Shown here in pieces: positions 38,323 to 45,663 of a stretch of 64,000 nt of DNA. The notes under the pieces are model-generated. The model saw only the letters and a list, made by a program, of their open reading frames with translations, did no database searches and had not been told where the DNA came from. How positions within the stretch are numbered: the first letter of the stretch is position 1; each line of letters begins with the position of its first letter. The DNA is taken from positions 29,698 through 93,697 of the forward strand of contig CAJWHM010000001.1 of NCBI GenBank assembly GCA_913041125.1, written 5' to 3'. The position numbers and the translations under genes are program-made. The stretch is from an uncultured Bacteroidota bacterium (GTDB taxonomy: Bacteria > Bacteroidota > Bacteroidia > Flavobacteriales > Flavobacteriaceae).

Positions 38323-38376
38323 ATAAATAGTGTTATTGGTTATGAAAAAGAATTGAGGCAAAATATTAATTTAGTT
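38323..38376 (+). repeat. R2 element copy c
   Basis: ATAAATAGTGTTATTGGTTATGAAAAAGAATTGAGGCAAAATATTAATTTAGTT. Confidence 0.65.
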
Positions 38377-38397
38377 ATTGATAAATACTATTGTAAG

Positions 38398-38568
38398 ATG
38401 GAAAAAAATAAGGTAAGTTTTGAAAAGAAAAAACTTGACAGATTAAGTTCTTTCAGATTTAAAATGAATTTTTGGCTATTAAATAAATTAGGTCTTGAGG
38501 GATTTAGGATAATACACGTAGTTGGAGGAATGCTAATTACTGTATTGGTATATGAGTTTATCCTATAA
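38398..38568 (+). CDS. small membrane protein
   Basis: MEKNKVSFEKKKLDRLSSFRFKMNFWLLNKLGLEGFRIIHVVGGMLITVLVYEFIL*. The longer ORF-track version (38293) reads through the M1 and R2 repeat remnants, so the internal ATG is preferred. Confidence 0.4.
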   Translation: MEKNKVSFEKKKLDRLSSFRFKMNFWLLNKLGLEGFRIIHVVGGMLITVLVYEFIL

Positions 38569-38597
38569 TTTAGAATATTGTTTAAAATAAAACAACA

Positions 38598-38786
38598 ATG
38601 AAAAACATTCTAATTAAATACAATAACCACTTTTCGGCTGTTATGATATTAGGAATAGGTATAGGTACTATATATCCAGATGAAACTGCAAATGATAATT
38701 ATATTTCTGCTGGGATTTATTTATTTGCTGCGTTATGCGCTTTACTGTCATTAACAGGAACTATCTTAAAATATTTTACAAAATAA
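38598..38786 (+). CDS. small membrane protein
   Basis: 62 aa, two hydrophobic helices. Confidence 0.4.
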   Translation: MKNILIKYNNHFSAVMILGIGIGTIYPDETANDNYISAGIYLFAALCALLSLTGTILKYFTK

Positions 38787-38875
38787 CTTGATTTATGAAG
38801 TTAGCATTAAACATTTTTTACATTTGTCTTGCATTTTTTCTTAGTGCTATTGCCTAATAGAGTAATTTTTACTTT

Positions 38876-39078
38876 ATGACGGAAGTTCCTTTATACCCAA
38901 ATGGTTATCCTTGTAAATGCTCTGGTAAGTGTAACTACTCTAAAGCTTATAAAGATGCAGAAAACCAAAATATATAGATTTTGATAAGTTTATAGGAAAA
39001 AGATTTTTCTCCAATAAGTGAGGAAGAAATTCTAATAAATAATTATATTAAGAGAGAGTATTGTTTAAATAAATAACA
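38876..39078 (+). pseudogene. frameshifted paralogue of the 34272..34472 Cys-rich gene
   Basis: About 200 bp colinear with 34272-34474. A 1-nt deletion (GCTGGAAAACC to GCAGAAAACC) gives a premature TAG at 38975-38977. A later +1 insertion restores the register only after that stop. Confidence 0.75.
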
Positions 39079-39507
39079 ATGAAAAAAATATTTTTAGTAG
39101 TCCTTTCAAGCTTAACTTTTTACTCATGTATTTCAGTAAAGTTCCCAGATTCAATTAACGCTGATATAAAAGTTGATGCTGAAAAAGAAATAGAAAGAAA
39201 AAAACTACACCATACTGTTGGATTCAAGTTCAAAGAAGGATCACCTTTAGATTCAATTAAAGAAAGTGCCCAAAATACTTTAGGAAAAATAGAACTATAC
39301 GCTGGAAATTTTAAATATGGTGATAATAATGTGAGTTCTATTGACCAGAAATACGCTAGAGGACATCAGCATATACTTCATGTAACTTTTTGGAGCGAGT
39401 ATGACAGAGACTCTCTTTACATGCCCCATCCACTTCATATTCAATTTGGAACTAAATGGGGGAAGTATGTTGATGAGATAGTTGTATTTGATGTTTGGGA
39501 GAAATAA
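39079..39507 (+). CDS. Dabb (stress-responsive alpha/beta-barrel) domain lipoprotein
   Basis: Lipobox FYSC. LHHTVGFKFKEGS...HILHVTFWSEYDRDSLYMPHPLHIQF fits the Dabb domain pattern. Confidence 0.65.
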   Translation: MKKIFLVVLSSLTFYSCISVKFPDSINADIKVDAEKEIERKKLHHTVGFKFKEGSPLDSIKESAQNTLGKIELYAGNFKYGDNNVSSIDQKYARGHQHILHVTFWSEYDRDSLYMPHPLHIQFGTKWGKYVDEIVVFDVWEK

Positions 39508-39600
39508 AACCTCCTTCTTTTTAATAATTTGGCAGTTCTAAATGTTTATAAATTAAGCAGAAATATAAAAACTTACAATTATAACTTAACAATAAACTAT

Positions 39601-39658
39601 ATCATCGAAATATCCTCCTAATTAAATTCAGGGTCTAATTTGTATATTGTTGGATATT
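39601..39658 (+). repeat. R4 element copy A
   Basis: ATCATCGAAATATCCTCCTAATTAAATTCAGGGTCTAATTTGTATATTGTTGGATATT. The ends AATATCC/GGATATT can pair. Confidence 0.7.
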
Positions 39659-39676
39659 AACCAGAATTGAATTAAA

Positions 39677-40081
39677 ATGAAAATCAAAACTATTTTTAAA
39701 ATCAATATTGCCTTAATTTTCTTACAAGGCCTTCCTTTATTTATTTCTTTGTTCTCACCAGAATTTAAAATGATGTTATTAGGTGATGTCTTCGGGAATA
39801 ATCCTTCTGATGATGCTATAATGATGTTTGACCAATTTGCCCTTGTTTTAGGTCTTGTTATTATTGGAATAATAGCATTAATCTATGGTTCACTTTCATT
39901 TAATGACATAAACGTATTAAGAAGATTATCACTGCTTTATTTTGCTCTTGCAGGATTTTTTGCACTTCCTGATTTAATAAGTGCCTTTAAAGGCGAACCA
40001 ACAGCTCCTCTTCCTGTAATTGTTTTAGGGTTAATTGGTCTTGGTTTATTTTATTACGGATCAAGGAAAGGAACTATTTAA
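39677..40081 (+). CDS. hypothetical membrane protein
   Basis: 134 aa, 4 predicted TM helices. Confidence 0.55.
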   Translation: MKIKTIFKINIALIFLQGLPLFISLFSPEFKMMLLGDVFGNNPSDDAIMMFDQFALVLGLVIIGIIALIYGSLSFNDINVLRRLSLLYFALAGFFALPDLISAFKGEPTAPLPVIVLGLIGLGLFYYGSRKGTI

Positions 40082-40134
40082 TCATTTGAATATCCTCTTC
40101 ATTAAGTACAGTGACTAATTTGTATATTAGGATA
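40081..40134 (+). repeat. R4 element copy B
   Basis: ATCATTTGAATATCCTCTTCATTAAGTACAGTGACTAATTTGTATATTAGGATA. The ends TATCCT/AGGATA can pair. It starts at the last base of the preceding stop codon. Confidence 0.7.
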
Positions 40135-40171
40135 AAATAATCATATTTAAGACTCTCCATAAAGGCAATTA

Positions 40172-40531
40172 ATGGAAACAATAAATCTTAATGATAAATA
40201 CAAGCTGTTTAATGAAAAATGGAGTCCACATAGTATTGCTGAACTTAATGGACAGCAAGTCCTGATAGCTAAAGTTGAAGGAGATTTTGTTTGGCACTCT
40301 CATGAAGAAGAAGACGAACTTTTTCATGTTGTAAAAGGAAAATTGACCATAGAATTTCGAGATAAAACAGTTGAATTATCTTCCGGTGAGTTGCTTTTAG
40401 TCCCTAAAGGAGTAGAACATCGTCCAAGAGCTGAAAAAGAAACTTGGATTTTACTTTTTGAGCCCTTAGGAATCAAACATACTGGAGAAAAAACTACAGA
40501 GATTACAAAATTTCACTACCCTAAAATATAG
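40172..40531 (+). CDS. cupin domain protein
   Basis: 119 aa. HSHEEEDELFHVVKG...VPKGVEHRP fits the cupin motifs G(X)5HxH...E and G(X)5PxG(X)2H. Confidence 0.75.
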   Translation: METINLNDKYKLFNEKWSPHSIAELNGQQVLIAKVEGDFVWHSHEEEDELFHVVKGKLTIEFRDKTVELSSGELLLVPKGVEHRPRAEKETWILLFEPLGIKHTGEKTTEITKFHYPKI

Positions 40532-40561
40532 ATCTCTCTCAAATATTTAAATAAAAAATTT

Positions 40562-41488
40562 ATGAAAAAAATGACTCTTATTTTAATGTTTACTCACCTA
40601 ATTTGTGTTTCTCAACATTCAAAAATTGAAAATTTTAAAATTACTATCCTTTCTACAATGCTTTCAGACACTCATGTTGGGGAGTGGGGTTTTTCAGCTT
40701 TAATTGAAGCGGATGGTCAAAAAGTTTTGTTTGACACTGGCTCGAGAGAGAAAACAGTTATTCAAAATGCGAATGAATTAAATATTAATCTCGATCATAT
40801 TGATAATGTTTTTTTAAGTCACAATCATAAAGATCATACTGGTGGATTAATCAGTTTAAAAAAAGAATTTCCAAATTCTTTTTCAAAAGCACATATTGGA
40901 GAAGGAATTTTTTATTCAAGACCTAATTCAAACGGAACAAGCCACTATATTTTAAATAATAAAAATTCACTTGAATCATTAGGTGTTAAGTTTATAACTC
41001 ATATTAATCCTTCACAAATTATGAAAGGCTTATGGACAACAGGTCAAATTCCAAGAAAATATGATGAAAAAAATTGGAGTGAATTAGGAAAGATAATTGA
41101 TTTAAACGGGAAGTTAGTTGAAGATACTATACCAGAAGACCAATCTTTATTTTTTGACACAGAAAAAGGAATAGTATTAGTAAGTGGTTGTGGGCACGCA
41201 GGTCTTATAAATACAATTAATTATATAAAAAATATAATTCCAAATAGACCTATTTATAAAATTATAGGAGGTTTTCATTTATTGAATTTAAAGCAAAATA
41301 AGCTGAAATGGACGGCAAAAAAGATGAAAGAATTTGGAGTAAAATATTTTGTAGGAGCTCACTGTACAGGATTAAATTCAACATATTCAATACGAAATTT
41401 TATGAATTTATCATCCAAAAATGCTTTAGTAGGTTCAGTTGGAACTTATATCACTGAAGAAGGAATATTTCCAGGGTATATGCAATAA
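40562..41488 (+). CDS. MBL-fold metallo-hydrolase (secreted)
   Basis: Signal peptide. SHNHKDHTGG (HxHxDH), later GCGHAG and GAHCTG. Confidence 0.75.
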   Translation: MKKMTLILMFTHLICVSQHSKIENFKITILSTMLSDTHVGEWGFSALIEADGQKVLFDTGSREKTVIQNANELNINLDHIDNVFLSHNHKDHTGGLISLKKEFPNSFSKAHIGEGIFYSRPNSNGTSHYILNNKNSLESLGVKFITHINPSQIMKGLWTTGQIPRKYDEKNWSELGKIIDLNGKLVEDTIPEDQSLFFDTEKGIVLVSGCGHAGLINTINYIKNIIPNRPIYKIIGGFHLLNLKQNKLKWTAKKMKEFGVKYFVGAHCTGLNSTYSIRNFMNLSSKNALVGSVGTYITEEGIFPGYMQ

Positions 41489-41559
41489 TTATAACAACTA
41501 TTTAGGATTAATTAAGTTTAGTAAATAATTTATATTTATAATTGATTAGCCATAAACAA

Positions 41560-42159
41560 ATGTCAAGATTTTTTGTGTTGAATCTAAGCCTAATAATTAC
41601 TTGTTGTTACAGGACAGATATTGTGCAATACGGATCTGCAAACACTGACCCTGCTACATTTGCAAGTGGACAACAACTCCCAACTAAACCAAAAGACTTA
41701 ACATACTTCTGCAATCCAGCAGGTCTTGGAAGAAAAGGTTGTAAATTTTTATCTAAATATGATGGTACAATATGGGCAGATACAGAAAATTATTATAGTG
41801 ACTTTTCAGATATACAATTTTTAAACATTGCATATTTCATATCCTTCTTTGATATTAACAATGATGTTTCATATTGCAAAGGATGGAGACCAGGTGAAAA
41901 TACTTATGATGGAATAAAATGGAATATAAAAATCAAAAAAAATGAATGGGATGAGTTTTGGTTTGATTATGAATTTTATGGGACAAGTCAAGAAATTGAA
42001 TATACTATAACTTATAAATATGAAGTAATTGATGGTTTACTTCATTTTTCAAATACAGAGGGACAAGAATTTATTTTCCACCCATCTAAAAAAAATTATT
42101 CAAAAGATTTAATTGACACAGGGGAAATAATTGAACAAGAAGGTTGTATGTTTTTTTAA
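41560..42159 (+). CDS. hypothetical lipoprotein
   Basis: ATG 41560 gives MSRFFVLNLSLIITCC... The ORF track starts at TTG 41542. No domain recognised. Confidence 0.5.
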   Translation: MSRFFVLNLSLIITCCYRTDIVQYGSANTDPATFASGQQLPTKPKDLTYFCNPAGLGRKGCKFLSKYDGTIWADTENYYSDFSDIQFLNIAYFISFFDINNDVSYCKGWRPGENTYDGIKWNIKIKKNEWDEFWFDYEFYGTSQEIEYTITYKYEVIDGLLHFSNTEGQEFIFHPSKKNYSKDLIDTGEIIEQEGCMFF

Positions 42160-42178
42160 TTAGAAAAAATATATTAAC

Positions 42179-42235
42179 GGAATATCCTATTGATTCAATT
42201 AATCTTTTACTAAAATCCAGTTATGGGATAATTAA
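42179..42235 (+). repeat. R4-like element copy C, fused to an R2-like remnant
   Basis: GGAATATCCTATTGATTCAATTAATC...CCAGTTATGGGATAATTAAC. TATCC (42183) and GGATA (42226) can pair. Confidence 0.45.
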
Positions 42236-42352
42236 CATTTATTTAAGATTGTATAAAAAAGTATTGATATAAAATGTGTTAAGTAAATTCAAATTTGGAA
42301 TTTCAGTAATTTTTCAGTAATTTCAGTTCCCTTTCAAAAAAAAGATTGCAAA

Positions 42353-42496
42353 ATGAAACTATCTCATACCAGAAAATATACTTTAAAGCAAGCTTGTGGT
42401 TGCACCAACTGTGCTTGTGGATATGTTGATAGAGTTACTCTTGAAAAAGAGAAAGATAAAGGTTTTAATAGAAAGTATCCTTATTTCGCTGACTAG
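42353..42496 (+). CDS. Cys-rich small protein (47 aa, absent from ORF track)
   Basis: MKLSHTRKYTLKQACGCTNCACGYVDRVTLEKEKDKGFNRKYPYFAD*. Preceded by three helically phased TTCAGT(A/T) repeats at 42301-42328. Confidence 0.35.
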   Translation: MKLSHTRKYTLKQACGCTNCACGYVDRVTLEKEKDKGFNRKYPYFAD

Positions 42497-42571
42497 TTTA
42501 TCCCTCCCCCATATTTTTTTCTTTAGTCTTAAGTGAAACTGTAAGTTTAGCAATGCCAATATTTATTTAAT

Positions 42572-42754
42572 ATGAAAGTATTTAAAAAATTATTTTTTTA
42601 CTTCCTTCTCTTTACTGGGATTATTCTATCAACTTCACATTTAGGAGATAATTATATGGGTATAAGTGATGAAGAAGGTTATTTATTAACTGTTGGAATC
42701 TGCTGCCTCATGGCTTTCTTTTTAGAATATTTCCTTCCAAAGATTAGAAAATAA
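42572..42754 (+). CDS. small membrane protein
   Basis: 60 aa, two hydrophobic helices. Confidence 0.4.
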   Translation: MKVFKKLFFYFLLFTGIILSTSHLGDNYMGISDEEGYLLTVGICCLMAFFLEYFLPKIRK

Positions 42755-42801
42755 ATATTACGGTTTCAAGCGCACATTAAATTTTCGATATTTTTGTTTA
42801 A

Positions 42802-42996
42802 ATGAACAAATACATTTTTACTGTTTCATTACTTTGTTGGGCAAATATTGGATTATTTTATGTTTTTTATTTGTTGAAATTAGAAACTGTATTAATTGGA
42901 GTTTTTCGTGAATTAACACTAATTCCGTCTTTTTTAGGGGGTGTCCTTTTACCATTACTTTTAGTTAATAATTTTTTCAAAAAAAAAAAAAAATGA
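42802..42996 (+). CDS. small membrane protein
   Basis: 64 aa, two hydrophobic helices, poly-Lys tail. Stop TGA lies inside M1 copy f. Confidence 0.4.
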   Translation: MNKYIFTVSLLCWANIGLFYVFYLLKLETVLIGVFRELTLIPSFLGGVLLPLLLVNNFFKKKKK

Positions 42997-43025
42997 TTCA
43001 AGTTCCATTATGTTCAAATAGTTAT
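42993..43025 (+). repeat. M1 junction motif copy f (stump)
   Basis: ATGATTCAAGTTCCATTATGTTCAAATAGTTAT (MIQVPLCSNSY versus MTEVPLYPNGY). The frame closes after 28 codons. Confidence 0.65.
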
Positions 43026-43140
43026 TTTATCAGTTCTCTTTATCATTTAAATCTTTCAAACAATATAAACGTTCTATGAAAACAAAATATATTGATTTAA
43101 ATATTTTAAATTAATTTTAGACATTATTCTAATAAATAAT

Positions 43141-43239
43141 ATGGGTAATCTTTCAAAAATTCAAAAGTTATTAATTGCAGCTGGTCTCTGGATTGCAGCT
43201 GGTTTTTTTTTCTATATGTATTATATTGACAATAAATAA
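43141..43239 (+). CDS. possible 32-aa membrane peptide
   Basis: MGNLSKIQKLLIAAGLWIAAGFFFYMYYIDNK*. Single helix. Weak call. Confidence 0.25.
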   Translation: MGNLSKIQKLLIAAGLWIAAGFFFYMYYIDNK

Positions 43240-43263
43240 AGTTTGATTATCAAGTAATTTTAA

Positions 43264-43908
43264 ATGATGAAATATTTATTGGTTTTACTATTAGTATCTA
43301 ATATAACGTTCAGTCAACAAGTTGATACAAATGAAATAAGTATTGTTAAAAATATTGAGGGTTTAAATGCAAATCAAATTTTTTCAAGATTAAACCTTAT
43401 TATAGACAATGTCTTCAATTCTGCTGACGATATTATCCAATTGAATGATTCAAATTCAAATAACATTATAATCAAAGCAAACGCAGAAATTCCTGTACCA
43501 AATCAAAATAAAATAATGTATCCCAACGCAATTATTGATTATCCGGATGAAATAATGTATTCACATAGATATACCTTTAATGTATCATGTAAAGATGGTA
43601 GATATAAAATGAAAATTAATTTTAATAGAGGGGAATTTATTGGAAAAACAAATAGCAACCCTAAAAGTCCATACTTAGCTATAATGCATCCAACTTCAGG
43701 ATTTATAGCAGAACAAGTTTATTTGTGGAAAAATGAGGTTAAAACTAAAGATTGGATACTTGTTTCAAAAAAGAAAAAAAAATTATTAATCGAGGCAATA
43801 CCATCTCATATAAAAGAGTATTCTAAAAATTTAGAAACTTATGGGAAATATATATTTAATTTAATTCATGATAGTATACTGGAAAGTAAATACGAAGATA
43901 ATTGGTGA
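43264..43908 (+). CDS. hypothetical secreted protein (possibly DUF4468-like)
   Basis: Signal peptide LLVLLLVSNITFSQQ. 214 aa. Family guess from the N-terminal pattern only. Confidence 0.5.
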   Translation: MMKYLLVLLLVSNITFSQQVDTNEISIVKNIEGLNANQIFSRLNLIIDNVFNSADDIIQLNDSNSNNIIIKANAEIPVPNQNKIMYPNAIIDYPDEIMYSHRYTFNVSCKDGRYKMKINFNRGEFIGKTNSNPKSPYLAIMHPTSGFIAEQVYLWKNEVKTKDWILVSKKKKKLLIEAIPSHIKEYSKNLETYGKYIFNLIHDSILESKYEDNW

Positions 43909-44045
43909 TTATAAATAATTTTTGTGTTTTTGTGCAGCTATGATATTATCAAAAGTCAGGAATATAAATGAAATTTGGGCTAGCTATCCGAATAAAAAAA
44001 TATGGTTGGATGATTTTTTTAAAATCAGAAAGAATAATTTTTAGG

Positions 44046-44783
44046 CTACTTTCTTGAATTAATTTTTGCTAATAACCTTAATATTTCTAAATACAACCAT
44101 ATCAATGTTACTAATAGACCAAAAGCACCATACCATTCCATATACTTAGAAACCCCCTTCTCTGCTCCCTCTTCAATAAAATCAAAATCTAAGACAAGGT
44201 TTAAAGAAGCAATTATTACTACAACTACACTAAACCCAATACTTAAAGGTGAAGAATTATTTATATTCATAATACTAATCCCTGATCCAAAAAACCCCAT
44301 AATAAAATTTATAAGGTAAACTATAGCTATTCCTCCAGTTGCAGCAAATATTCCAAGTTTAAAATTTTCAGTTGGTTTAATGTAACCTGATCTATATGCA
44401 ATTAATAGAGATACTAAGATTCCTAATGTTAATAATATTGCATTTGTTACTATCCCGTTATATAAAGAATTATACATGTAAGATATTCCTCCTAACATAG
44501 CTCCTTCTAGGGATGCATAAATGGGAACCGTTATTGGAGCCCATTCTTTTTTAAATACAGTAATAATAGCGACTACAAATCCCCCTATTCCACAACCAAC
44601 TAATAAAACAGGATTAACTACATCAAAAGTAAAATATCCGGTACCTACAAGCAGCAAAAGACTTATCGCTGTTTTATTTACAGTCCCTTCTATAGTCATC
44701 TGATTATCAGATAAAATTGTATTAGAAAAAGTTTTAGAAGATAGAACTGGGTTGCCTGATCTTAAGGATAGATGTCTATTCAT
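44046..44783 (-). CDS. Bax inhibitor-1/YccA-like membrane protein
   Basis: N-terminal RSGNPVL motif followed by about 7 TM helices. 245 aa. Confidence 0.75.
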   Translation of the reverse strand: MNRHLSLRSGNPVLSSKTFSNTILSDNQMTIEGTVNKTAISLLLLVGTGYFTFDVVNPVLLVGCGIGGFVVAIITVFKKEWAPITVPIYASLEGAMLGGISYMYNSLYNGIVTNAILLTLGILVSLLIAYRSGYIKPTENFKLGIFAATGGIAIVYLINFIMGFFGSGISIMNINNSSPLSIGFSVVVVIIASLNLVLDFDFIEEGAEKGVSKYMEWYGAFGLLVTLIWLYLEILRLLAKINSRK

Positions 44784-44850
44784 ATTTATTTTTTTTCATA
44801 GATAACAAATATATGACGTAAAAAAATAAATTTAATGTCATGGCTTAAAA

Positions 44851-44899
44851 ATATCCTTTAAAATAAATAAGTTCATTAGTAACAACTAATTTATATTTA
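44851..44899 (+). repeat. R4 element copy E (with internal insertion)
   Basis: ATATCCT-ttaaaataaataag-TTCATTAGTAACAACTAATTTATATTTA is colinear with copy B except for a 14-nt insert. Confidence 0.5.
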
Positions 44900-45293
44900 A
44901 AATCAAGTTTTTTACATTAATTAACATTATGACTTAAATAAATTACAATGTTTTATCCATAATTTTTTACTATTTGATTATTAGATATAACGATTTTGTT
45001 GAATTGATTTGATATTTGTTTGTTTAGAAATTTACAAATCAAAATGGGGTATAGTCGATTGTATGATGCAGATTGATTTATGTTGAATTTTGACTTACGG
45101 TTTAATTCTATACTATATCCCGTTTTTTGTTACTAAGTTGGTTTTTTTGAATGTGGGGAATTAAGTGCTATGAGAAAGAAAATAACATCACTTATCTACA
45201 CCTTTTTCTATAAAACAATAAGTTTTGAATTTGTGAAAATATTCTTTGACCAATAATTAATCATAGTCAATAAAATATTTATATTTAAGTATT

Positions 45294-45467
45294 ATGAAAT
45301 TTTTAGAAAAGTATTACCCTATATTACTGGCTTTTTTAAGCTTCCTTTATTCCATTTTTTTATGGTTTACTGGAAATGAAATGGAAGGAATTTATGTGGG
45401 TCTATGGCCAGTAACAATTTTAGCTTTCGCTATTGCCTTGAGACAAAGAAGAAACGATAGTAAGTAA
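45294..45467 (+). CDS. small membrane protein (57 aa, absent from ORF track)
   Basis: MKFLEKYYPILLAFLSFLYSIFLWFTGNEMEGIYVGLWPVTILAFAIALRQRRNDSK*. TAATG overlap with the next sORF. Confidence 0.4.
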   Translation: MKFLEKYYPILLAFLSFLYSIFLWFTGNEMEGIYVGLWPVTILAFAIALRQRRNDSK

Positions 45468-45589
45468 TGAAAAATATCTTAATGTTTATTGTTGGATTCA
45501 TTTTTTTTGCGATCTATGTATTCTTTTATTTTAAAATTGTTTTAAGACAAAAATTTGGAAAAAAAAAGAAAGAAAGCAATAAATCTTAA
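45467..45589 (+). CDS. small membrane peptide (40 aa)
   Basis: MKNILMFIVGFIFFAIYVFFYFKIVLRQKFGKKKKESNKS*. Translationally coupled to the preceding sORF. Confidence 0.35.
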   Translation: MKNILMFIVGFIFFAIYVFFYFKIVLRQKFGKKKKESNKS

Positions 45590-45663
45590 AATTAAGACTG
45601 ATTTATTATAATTAAGACTGTTATTTATATCTTACTTTTCATTAACTATAAACTAAACATTAA

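Noticed and set aside
42297-42330. Short tandem TTCAGTAAT units as a CRISPR or minisatellite.
   Set aside because: There are only three about 10-nt units without spacers. They are better explained as operator-like direct repeats and are reported with the adjacent sORF.
43951-44052. 33-aa ORF MILSKVRNINEIWASYPNKKIWLDDFFKIRKNNF.
   Set aside because: It has no hydrophobic or Cys pattern and no coupling to neighbours, and it overlaps the 3' end of the convergent BI-1 gene. It may be a gene fragment, but support is insufficient.
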